DNA of 9,880 bases from the IMG/VR virus record IMGVR_UViG_2740892274_000003; one strand, written 5' to 3'. The notes beneath the pieces are model-generated. The model did no database searches, had not been told where the DNA came from, and saw nothing but the letters and a program-made list of their open reading frames with translations. This stretch comes from a virus. Its lineage: Duplodnaviria; Heunggongvirae; Uroviricota; Caudoviricetes. Below are positions 1 to 6,213 of this stretch, in pieces (within the stretch, counting starts at the first letter, position 1; every line of letters begins with the position of its first letter). A program made the position numbers and the translations under genes.

Positions 1-183
1 CGCCACGGGAATATCTACGGCAGCAAGCCAGTAATGGGTTAAGTGATAACAGGTGTCTGGAAATATAGGGGCAAATCCAGCGTTCATCAGCCCCCGCATT
101 GCCGACAGGATCACAGACGGGGGGCGCAACTGGTTGTCGTTCAACTGGCCCAGCTACCGTTCTTGTATCAGAGGTGTGGCTGC

Positions 184-1575
184 ATGACAACACCAGTCTG
201 GCGTAATGATGACCTGGAAGGCGCTGTCATTGGCGCATTCTTTCTGCGTGGGGCAGATCATGAAGTGATGGATATTCTGATCACACTACCGGCGGACATT
301 TTTTCTGTACGAGCGTATCGGGATATCTACACAGGCATCTGCAGACAGGCCCGTGTTTCAGGAGTGATTGACCCCGTGCTGTTGTGTAATGAGATGCCGG
401 AACTTGCCCCGGTGATTACTGATACCGGGCGTAAAACCTGGGTGAAGTCTTCACTGGAGCACTATGTTGCAGCGTTGCGGCGCAATGCCGCACTGCGCGA
501 TGCAGAAAAAACACTGAATGAGGCGCTGCAGAAATTACGTGATGCGCATACCTGTGAAGCAGCTGAAGATGCCCTGAAGGATGCGCAGAACATGATGGTC
601 ACACTGTCGACAGGAAAGGGCGTCATTCAGCCGGTACATATTGATGATGTGCTTCCGGAAGTGGTTGAGCGTGTTGAATGCCGGAATCAGGGGCTGGAGA
701 AATCCAGGACGTTGATGACCGGTATTGATGAACTGGACGCAAAAACAGGCGGTATGGAGCCCGGAGACCTGGTATTCATTGCCGCCCGTCCTTCGATGGG
801 GAAAACCGAACTTGCGCTGGACATCATCGACAAGGTGACTGAGCAGGGGCATGGTGTGCTTCTGTTCACCATGGAGATGGCGAACATCCAGATTGGTGAA
901 CGTATGGTGTCTGCGGCTGGAGGGATGCCAGTATCACGCCTGAAATCTGTGGCTCACTTTGAAGATGAAGACTGGGCGCGTTTCTCACAAGGGGTGGGGC
1001 GGATGACCGGGCGCAATATCTGGATGGTGGACCAGGCGAACCTGACCATTGATGAGATATGCGCAACAACGAAACACCATCTGATTAAACATCCGGAAAC
1101 GGCGCTGGTGGTGGTTGATTATCTCGGGCTGATAAAAACCCGAACCACGGGGCGTCATGACCTTGCCGTGGGTGAAATCTCAAAGGGGCTTAAAGGCCTG
1201 GCAAAATCCGGTGGTTTTCCGTTGATTGCGCTGAGCCAGCTCTCCCGCGGTGTGGAGTCCAGACCCAATAAACGTCCCATGAACTCAGACCTGAAAAATT
1301 CCGGAGAAATAGAGGCGGATGCAGACATCATTCTGATGCTTTACAGGGATGAAGTGTACAACCCGGATACACAGGCTACAGGCATAGCAGAAATTAATAT
1401 CACGAAACAACGTAACGGTTCTCTGGGGACGATTTACCGGCGTTTTTATAACGGACATTTTCTGCCTGTGGACCAGGAAAGCGCACAGGTTCTTTCCACC
1501 CCAATGCGGCAGCCCCAGCCGCGCAGATACAGCAATACACGTACCGACAGCAGTAAGATGGAGCGTTTCTTTTGA
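184..1575 (+). CDS. DnaB-family replicative DNA helicase (phage replication module)
   Basis: Translation has a DnaB-like N-terminal domain and a RecA-like C-terminal domain with Walker A (AARPSMGKT) and the conserved KRPMNSDLKNSGEIEADADI / NITKQRNG region. ATG at 184 is preceded by GAGGTG 7 nt upstream. The in-frame GTG at 43 gives a 47-aa extension rich in R/H/C/W that looks like out-of-frame sequence, so 184 is preferred. Confidence 0.85.
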   Translation: MTTPVWRNDDLEGAVIGAFFLRGADHEVMDILITLPADIFSVRAYRDIYTGICRQARVSGVIDPVLLCNEMPELAPVITDTGRKTWVKSSLEHYVAALRRNAALRDAEKTLNEALQKLRDAHTCEAAEDALKDAQNMMVTLSTGKGVIQPVHIDDVLPEVVERVECRNQGLEKSRTLMTGIDELDAKTGGMEPGDLVFIAARPSMGKTELALDIIDKVTEQGHGVLLFTMEMANIQIGERMVSAAGGMPVSRLKSVAHFEDEDWARFSQGVGRMTGRNIWMVDQANLTIDEICATTKHHLIKHPETALVVVDYLGLIKTRTTGRHDLAVGEISKGLKGLAKSGGFPLIALSQLSRGVESRPNKRPMNSDLKNSGEIEADADIILMLYRDEVYNPDTQATGIAEINITKQRNGSLGTIYRRFYNGHFLPVDQESAQVLSTPMRQPQPRRYSNTRTDSSKMERFF

Positions 1576-1829
1576 ACAACCAGACAATGACTTTTACCTC
1601 TGAACAATTGCGTAAACACGCGCAGGAAATGTTGCGACAGGCGGAACAACTGGAAAAAACAGGTGTAACAAAAGATGCCATTCGTCGGGATATGGTGCCA
1701 GCGCTCAGGGAACTGATGCAGGCGAAACATCGCGCACAAAAAGCGGTGGATGAGCTCGTTGATTGTGTGGCAGAGCTGGAAACCAAAGTTGGAAAGTTTG
1801 AAAAAATGGTGCAGGAGGTGCTGCGCTGA
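1572..1829 (+). CDS. hypothetical small protein (85 aa, predicted helical), nin-region-like position
   Basis: ORF sits exactly between the helicase stop (1573-1575) and the rusA start (1829). Its stop overlaps the rusA ATG (TGATG). Start is either TTG 1572 (GGAG about 9 nt upstream) or ATG 1584. No recognisable family by eye. Confidence 0.5.
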   Translation: MNNQTMTFTSEQLRKHAQEMLRQAEQLEKTGVTKDAIRRDMVPALRELMQAKHRAQKAVDELVDCVAELETKVGKFEKMVQEVLR

Positions 1830-2200
1830 TGCGCCATGAGTTTATTTTACCTTATCCGCCGACGGTGAATACTTACTGGCGACGTCGTGGCAGCACATAT
1901 TTTGTATCAAAAGTTGGTGAGCGTTATCGCCGTGATGTGACGCTAATTGTTCGCCAGCAGCGGCTGAAATTAAACCTGTCCGGAAGGCTGGCGATAAAGA
2001 TTATTGCAGAGCCACCGGATAAGCGCCGTCGTGACCTGGACAATATCCTGAAAGCACCACTGGATGCGCTGACGCATGCCGGACTACTCATAGACGACGA
2101 GCAGTTTGATGAAATCAATATTGTGCGCGGTCAGCTCGTTCCTGGTGGGCGACTGGGCGTGAAGATTTATGAAATCACAGGTGATAACGATGGCGCGTGA
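1829..2200 (+). CDS. rusA: RusA-family Holliday junction resolvase
   Basis: 123 aa. N-terminal [11 protein letters not shown] and the central [29 protein letters not shown] match the RusA acidic catalytic motif as I recall it. Position between replication genes and Q is typical. Confidence 0.85.
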   Translation: MRHEFILPYPPTVNTYWRRRGSTYFVSKVGERYRRDVTLIVRQQRLKLNLSGRLAIKIIAEPPDKRRRDLDNILKAPLDALTHAGLLIDDEQFDEINIVRGQLVPGGRLGVKIYEITGDNDGA

Positions 2201-2576
2201 TATTCAGCAGGTTATGGAACGGTGGGGGGCTTGGGCTGCAAACACTCATGAAGATGTATCCTGGGCGTCGATCGCTGCTGGTTTTAAAGGGTTAATTCCG
2301 TCGAAAGTGAAATCACGCCCTCAGTGTTCTGATGATGATGCAATGATAATTTGTGGCTGTATGGCCCGGTTGAACAAGAAAAATCAGGATTTGCACGATT
2401 TGCTGGTGGATTATTACGTAGGTGGAATGACTTTTATGAGTCTGGCACGGAAACATGGGTGTTCGGATACCTGTATTGGCAAGCGCCTGCAGAAAGCGGA
2501 AGGGGTTATTGATGGCATGTTGATGATGCTTGATATCCGGCTGGAGATGGACAGATACGTAGAACGAATTATGTAG
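2190..2576 (+). CDS. phage late-gene antitermination protein Q, short QuuD/DLP12-like type
   Basis: 128 aa starting [17 protein letters not shown], with a Cys cluster (C-x9-C-x-C ... C-x3-C). Resembles the short Q family of DLP12-type prophages from memory. ATG 2190 has AGGTGA 8 nt upstream; the alternative ATG 2169 would overlap rusA more deeply. Located immediately upstream of a promoter/terminator region and the lysis genes. Confidence 0.7.
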   Translation: MARDIQQVMERWGAWAANTHEDVSWASIAAGFKGLIPSKVKSRPQCSDDDAMIICGCMARLNKKNQDLHDLLVDYYVGGMTFMSLARKHGCSDTCIGKRLQKAEGVIDGMLMMLDIRLEMDRYVERIM

Positions 2577-2580
2577 GTGC

Positions 2581-2610
2581 TTGACCAGACACATTGTCCG
2601 GGGCTATATT
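2581..2610 (+). promoter_or_regulatory. candidate sigma70 late promoter (PR'-like): TTGACC-18-TATATT
   Basis: -35 TTGACC at 2581-2586 and -10 TATATT at 2605-2610, starting 5 nt after the Q stop. A small hairpin (CGCCAG/CTGGCG, 2618-2635) lies in the initial transcribed region. Confidence 0.35.
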
Positions 2611-2671
2611 CCTCACGCGCCAGCAAAATCTGGCGTCGGGATTGGAACCCCGGATAGAGACCGCGACAGAC

Positions 2672-2693
2672 ACACGCCGCGAGCGTGTTTTTT
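2672..2693 (+). terminator. candidate intrinsic terminator (tR'-like)
   Basis: Stem ACACGC (2672-2677) / GCGTGT (2683-2688), 5-nt loop, followed by TTTTT(A)TT at 2689-2696. Confidence 0.4.
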
Positions 2694-2821
2694 ATTGTCG
2701 TATGCACGCGCACATCTGAATTATGGTGGGGCGCATGGGGGAGCTGAAAAGCTCGCCGGTCGGTTTCCCGGTAGTTCCAACCCTGTGCGTCTCACCACCC
2801 GATGATTGGAACCTGACGGTG

Positions 2822-2850
2822 TTGACAGTTTCAGGTTTGCAGTTTACATT
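2822..2850 (+). promoter_or_regulatory. alternative candidate sigma70 promoter: TTGACA-17-TACATT
   Basis: Consensus -35 TTGACA at 2822-2827, 17-nt spacer, -10 TACATT at 2845-2850 with the key T, A and final T positions conserved. Could be the true PR' or a promoter for the downstream cargo gene. Confidence 0.3.
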
Positions 2851-2885
2851 TCCCCGCGGTGCTCAAAACACCTCGAAAGCGGTAT

Positions 2886-2913
2886 CCACACCCGATAGCC
2901 ATGTGGTTTTTTT
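2886..2913 (+). terminator. weak terminator-like hairpin plus T7 tract
   Basis: CCACA (2886-2890) / TGTGG (2902-2906) with an 11-nt loop, followed by TTTTTTT at 2907-2913. Confidence 0.25.
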
Positions 2914-3056
2914 GTGTCCAGAATTCTTGGTTTATGACCGGGTGTGCGGCTAATACAATACCAGCAATGGAAATACGCCCGCCGACTTTCGACGGTTTTG
3001 AGCGCCCGGTCACCCTCTCAAAAGGGGTAAATCAAAATATTCGAAAGGACATGTCT

Positions 3057-3620
3057 ATGAATCGCACGTCTATTGAAAAACTCCCGTCACTTACGCATAA
3101 CCATCTTCCTGTCATGACAACAGAGCTGCTGGCTGATTTGTACGGAACAGAGCGCCAGCGTTTGACAAACAATTTCAATCGAAACAAAGAACGGTTTATA
3201 GAAGGTAAACATTTTTTCCTGATAGAAGGTGATGCGTTACGAGAGTTGAAGAACGAAAACTCTTTAAGAGTTTCTGTGAAAATTGCCCGTAACGTTCGCT
3301 CCCTCATCCTCTGGACAGAACGTGGCGCAGCCCGTCACGCCAAAATGCTCGAAACCGATCAGGCGTGGGAAGTGTTCGAAAAACTGGAAGACTGTTATTT
3401 CAACCAGAAACAGCCACCAGCGGCACAAAACACATCTATCGAAAATGATGGATGCGCATTACTGAGCCACTTCGATAAACACGGTCAGGTTGAGTTCACG
3501 GAAAAGGTACCCGCCGATGCGATGGTATGTACTCTGGAACGGTTTAAATTTTATCTGGAGCAACACGGGTGGATCGTTGCCCGTAAAGAGCAACTGGTGG
3601 AGCGGTTGATGCGGTTTTAA
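3057..3620 (+). CDS. ORF6N-domain (KilA-N-related, predicted DNA-binding) protein with an unassigned C-terminal domain; late-region cargo
   Basis: N-terminal region LPVMTTELLADLYGTERQRLTNNFNRNKERFIEGKHFFL ... ILWTERGAARHAKML fits the ORF6N pattern (LYG..RLN..RN.ERF...F.L...WTE.GA) as I recall it. ATG 3057 has AAGGA 8 nt upstream; ATG 3051 is an alternative. The longer GTG-2859 ORF has an implausible N-terminal extension. The C-terminal 70 aa are not recognisable. Confidence 0.7.
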   Translation: MNRTSIEKLPSLTHNHLPVMTTELLADLYGTERQRLTNNFNRNKERFIEGKHFFLIEGDALRELKNENSLRVSVKIARNVRSLILWTERGAARHAKMLETDQAWEVFEKLEDCYFNQKQPPAAQNTSIENDGCALLSHFDKHGQVEFTEKVPADAMVCTLERFKFYLEQHGWIVARKEQLVERLMRF

Positions 3621-3696
3621 AAATTTTTTCCGAAAACTTTACGATCGTAAAAAGTTGAATATCCTGTTAAGAGTGGTTACTACGCCACACAGCTTA

Positions 3697-3721
3697 AACC
3701 CGCCGATGAGCGGGTTTTTTT
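3697..3721 (+). terminator. rho-independent terminator after the ORF6N gene
   Basis: Stem AACCCGC (3697-3703) / GCGGGTT (3710-3716), loop CGATGA, then a T-run through 3721. Confidence 0.6.
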
Positions 3722-3771
3722 ATACCTGAAAAACGGCACAGGACGTTAAACGTGCTGGTGGTCAGATGAGT

Positions 3772-3800
3772 TTGCAGATGTGATGACATATGGTTATTAT
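3772..3800 (+). promoter_or_regulatory. candidate promoter for the tRNA cluster: TTGCAG-17-TATTAT
   Basis: -35 TTGCAG at 3772-3777 and -10 TATTAT at 3795-3800; predicted start about 3 nt before the first tRNA at 3810. Confidence 0.35.
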
Positions 3801-3809
3801 TCTGCCTCC

Positions 3810-3886
3810 GGCCCTTTAGCTCAGTTGGTCAGAGCGAGCGACTCATAATCGCCAGGTCGCTGGTTCAAGTCCAGCAAGGGCCACCA
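3810..3886 (+). tRNA. tRNA with anticodon CAT, most like tRNA-Ile2 (ileX/ileZ type); automated tools would likely label it Met
   Basis: Cloverleaf traced by hand: acceptor GGCCCTT/AAGGGCC, anticodon loop CTCATAA, T-loop TTCAAGT, discriminator A, encoded CCA. Anticodon stem-loop GCGACTCATAATCGC resembles E. coli ileX from memory. Confidence 0.85.
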
Positions 3887-3887
3887 A

Positions 3888-3964
3888 CCACCACTAGCTC
3901 ATCCGGATAGAGCATCAACCTTCTAAGTTGACGGTGCGAGGTTCGAGTCCTCGGTGGTGGGCCA
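3888..3964 (+). tRNA. tRNA-Arg (anticodon TCT, reads AGA)
   Basis: Acceptor CCACCAC/GTGGTGG (unusual C1-G72), anticodon arm TCAAC-CTTCTAA-GTTGA, T-arm CGAGG-TTCGAGT-CCTCG, discriminator G, encoded CCA. Confidence 0.8.
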
Positions 3965-3966
3965 GC

Positions 3967-4042
<76 letters not shown>

Positions 4043-4045
4043 TAT

Positions 4046-4120
<75 letters not shown>

Positions 4121-4733
4121 GCGAGATTTGAGACGAAGGTTGTTATTTGCACTGACACAATATTGTGTGGGAATGTCTGACTCCTTACCATCTCCTGTTC
4201 TGTGATGTTGTTTTGTTGCAGTTCCAGTGCTCTTTTTTCAGCACCAGAATGGTGCATTGTCGGTCAGGTTACGTAGTGAACCTCTGGCAGGGGACTGATG
4301 ATTCATCATTCTGGTGTTGTAAATATCTCTTCGGACAACTTACAAAATATTCTAAGCAAACCCCGGGAACACACTCTTAACTGCCTTGGCTGGCGGTTTT
4401 TTGTACAGTGCTCGGTATGTGTGAGCTGGAAATCAGATTTTGCATGGACTGGAATCATGCTGTTATTTAGGGGCGAAGAACTGGCTTTTTCTTCCGCCTT
4501 CTCACCAGTAACGATTAGAAAAATAATGAAATGCCCCCCTCCGGGGAGGAGGACCGTAGAAAAAAGGACCCGCCAGCAAAAACATTGGGGATGAACAGCT
4601 TTCGCTACTCAGATTGCTGGCGGGTAAAGTTCCTCATGAATTAAGAATGCTACGCGATCTTTTTTAATGGAAATGAAAATTATTGTCAATTAGTCGTGCG
4701 TGTTTTTTCATACAATATTGGTAAAGGTGATTC

Positions 4734-4768
4734 AGGCCATCAGAGTTTTGCTGATGGCCTTTTTTCTT
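4734..4768 (+). terminator. strong rho-independent terminator immediately upstream of the holin
   Basis: Perfect stem AGGCCATCAG (4734-4743) / CTGATGGCCT (4751-4760), 7-nt loop, then TTTTT(C)TTT. Confidence 0.65.
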
Positions 4769-4800
4769 TCCGATAGCACAGGTCTGTCGGGGGGCGGGAT

Positions 4801-5016
4801 ATGTATCAGATGGAAAAAATATCAACAGGCATTGCCTACGGCACCTCCGCCGGCAGTGCCGGCTACTGGTTTTTGCAGTGGTTGGATCAGGTCAGTCCAT
4901 CACAGTGGGCTGCGATTGGTGTGCTGGGAAGTCTGCTTCTGGGGCTTCTGACTTATCTGACAAATCTGTATTTCAAAATAAGAGAAGACAAGCGTAAGGC
5001 TGCGAGAGGTGAATAA
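4801..5016 (+). CDS. S: class II holin (phage 21 S21-type pinholin), dual-start motif
   Basis: 71 aa; [66 protein letters not shown] matches the S21 pinholin from memory. Two in-frame starts (M1, M4). Stop overlaps the endolysin ATG (TAATG). Confidence 0.9.
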   Translation: MYQMEKISTGIAYGTSAGSAGYWFLQWLDQVSPSQWAAIGVLGSLLLGLLTYLTNLYFKIREDKRKAARGE

Positions 5017-5171
5017 TGTCGCCATCATTACGCAAGGCTGTTGCAGCTGCTATTGGTGGTGGGGCTGTTGCTATAGCATCTGTGTTAATCACTGGCCCAG
5101 GTGGTAACGATGGTCTGGAAGGTGTCAGCTACATACCATACAAAGATATCATTGGTGTATGGACTGTATGT
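5016..5171 (+). CDS. R: SAR endolysin (phage 21 R21-type lysozyme), 5' part only; remainder lost in the N run
   Basis: N-terminal 52 aa: Gly/Ala-rich SAR membrane segment ([18 protein letters not shown]) followed by [23 protein letters not shown], which carries the E-D-T catalytic triad spacing known for R21. The sequence runs into N at 5172. Confidence 0.8.
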
Positions 5172-5522
5172 NNNNNNNNNNNNNNNNNNNNNNNNNNNNN
5201 NNNNNNNNNNNNNNNNNNNNNNNNNNNNNNNNNNNNNNNNNNNNNNNNNNNNNNNNNNNNNNNNNNNNNNNNNNNNNNNNNNNNNNNNNNNNNNNNNNNN
5301 NNNNNNNNNNNNNNNNNNNNNNNNNNNNNNNNNNNNNNNNNNNNNNNNNNNNNNNNNNNNNNNNNNNNNNNNNNNNNNNNNNNNNNNNNNNNNNNNNNNN
5401 NNNNNNNNNNNNNNNNNNNNNNNNNNNNNNNNNNNNNNNNNNNNNNNNNNNNNNNNNNNNNNNNNNNNNNNNNNNNNNNNNNNNNNNNNNNNNNNNNNNN
5501 NNNNNNNNNNNNNNNNNNNNNN
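5172..5522. other. assembly gap / masked region (351 N)
   Basis: Continuous run of n. Removes the 3' two-thirds of the endolysin and the 5' parts of Rz and Rz1. Every six-frame ORF crossing it is an artefact. Confidence 0.99.
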
Positions 5523-5699
5523 GCAGTCTGTCAGTCAGTGCGTGAAGCCACCACCGCCTCCGGCGTGGATAATGCAACCAGCCCCCGACTGGCAGACACC
5601 GCTGAACGGGATTATTTCACCCTCAGAGAGCGGCTGATGACGATGCAGATGCAACTGGAAGGGGCACAGGAGTATATCCGCACTCAGTGCATTAAGTAG
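5523..5699 (+). CDS. Rz: Rz i-spanin, C-terminal 58 codons (start lies in the gap)
   Basis: AVCQSVREATTASGVDNATSPRLADTAERDYFTLRERLMTMQMQLEGAQEYIRTQCIK is near-identical to the lambda Rz C-terminus as I remember it. Confidence 0.8.
   Translation, partial: AVCQSVREATTASGVDNATSPRLADTAERDYFTLRERLMTMQMQLEGAQEYIRTQCIK
5524..5637 (+). CDS. Rz1: Rz1 o-spanin, C-terminal part, embedded in the +1 frame of Rz (start lies in the gap)
   Basis: QSVSQCVKPPPPPAWIMQPAPDWQTPLNGIISPSESG, proline-rich, matches the lambda Rz1 C-terminus from memory; nested inside Rz as expected. Confidence 0.75.
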   Translation, partial: QSVSQCVKPPPPPAWIMQPAPDWQTPLNGIISPSESG

Positions 5700-5741
5700 C
5701 CTTTTTATCGTGGTAAACATTTCGCAGGGTATGAGGTATTT

Positions 5742-6092
5742 ATGCCATCACTAATCCCACGTGCCTGCCGTAAGCGTGGATGTGCAGGTACAACCACAGA
5801 CAGTTCGGGTTACTGCGATAAACATCGCGGTGAAGGCTGGGTGCAGCACCAGCGCGGACTGAGCCGCCACCAGCGTGGCTATGGCTCAAAATGGACGGTG
5901 ATTCGTGCCCGTATTCTGAAGCGCGATAAAGGTCTGTGTCAGTTGTGTCTGCGTGTCGGTGTGGTGAGCGAGGCGAAAACCGTCGACCACATCATCCCGA
6001 AAGCGCATGGCGGAACAGACGCAGACAGCAACCTGCAGAGTCTGTGCTGGCCCTGCCATAAAGCGAAAACAGCGCGCGAACGAATCCGGTGA
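5742..6092 (+). CDS. HNH endonuclease (terminase-associated type)
   Basis: 116 aa with Cys pairs CRKRGC...C and CQLC, then DHIIPKAHGG...N...CWPCHKAKT (HNH motif). GAGGT sits 6 nt before the ATG. Lies directly upstream of the terminase genes, as in HK97-like cos phages. Confidence 0.85.
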   Translation: MPSLIPRACRKRGCAGTTTDSSGYCDKHRGEGWVQHQRGLSRHQRGYGSKWTVIRARILKRDKGLCQLCLRVGVVSEAKTVDHIIPKAHGGTDADSNLQSLCWPCHKAKTARERIR

Positions 6093-6110
6093 TAATTATT
6101 CTCACTTGTA

Positions 6111-6174
6111 GGGAGGGGCGGGGCAAATCCCTGTGACCTGACGTCTTCCGGACTGCCCGCCCCATCGTTTTTTT
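6111..6174 (+). promoter_or_regulatory. GC-rich inverted repeat plus T-tract in the HNH-TerS intergenic region; candidate terminator and/or cos-site element
   Basis: GGGGCGGGGCA (6115-6125) pairs with TGCCCGCCCC (6154-6163) with one bulged G, about 28-nt loop, followed by TTTTTTT at 6168-6174. Confidence 0.3.
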
Positions 6175-6213
6175 ATACCCGCGAAAAATGAAATTTAACC
6201 AGGAGTGCCGCAT

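Noticed and set aside
43-183. N-terminal extension of the helicase ORF from GTG 43
   Set aside because: The 47 extra residues are R/H/C/W-rich and unlike DnaB. ATG 184 has a good Shine-Dalgarno sequence and begins the DnaB-like N-terminal domain. Stop codons in all three frames within 1-68 suggest an upstream gene ends here, but the frame cannot be decided from 42-68 nt.
535-1837. Minus-strand ORFs (535-852, 687-887, 866-1069, 1285-1587, 1400-1837, 1446-1739) overlapping the helicase gene
   Set aside because: They lie antisense to a gene with strong family-level features throughout and have low-complexity, Ser/Cys/Arg-rich translations typical of antisense frames.
2581-2953. Plus-strand ORFs 2581-2805 and 2723-2953 in the Q-to-ORF6N intergenic region
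   Set aside because: They overlap the promoter and terminator elements, have no ribosome-binding site and their translations are Gly/Pro/Arg-rich without recognisable domains.
4121-4800. Shiga-toxin-like cargo (stxAB) expected after a Q-tRNA arrangement
   Set aside because: No ORF of suitable size (about 320 aa A subunit, 89 aa B subunit) or signal-peptide-like start exists between the tRNAs and the holin.
5101-5637. ORFs spanning the N run (5016-5699 as a single 227-aa protein, 5101-5637, 5149-5577 minus, 5159-5545)
   Set aside because: They are artefacts of translating N as X. The real content is a partial endolysin before the gap and partial Rz/Rz1 after it.
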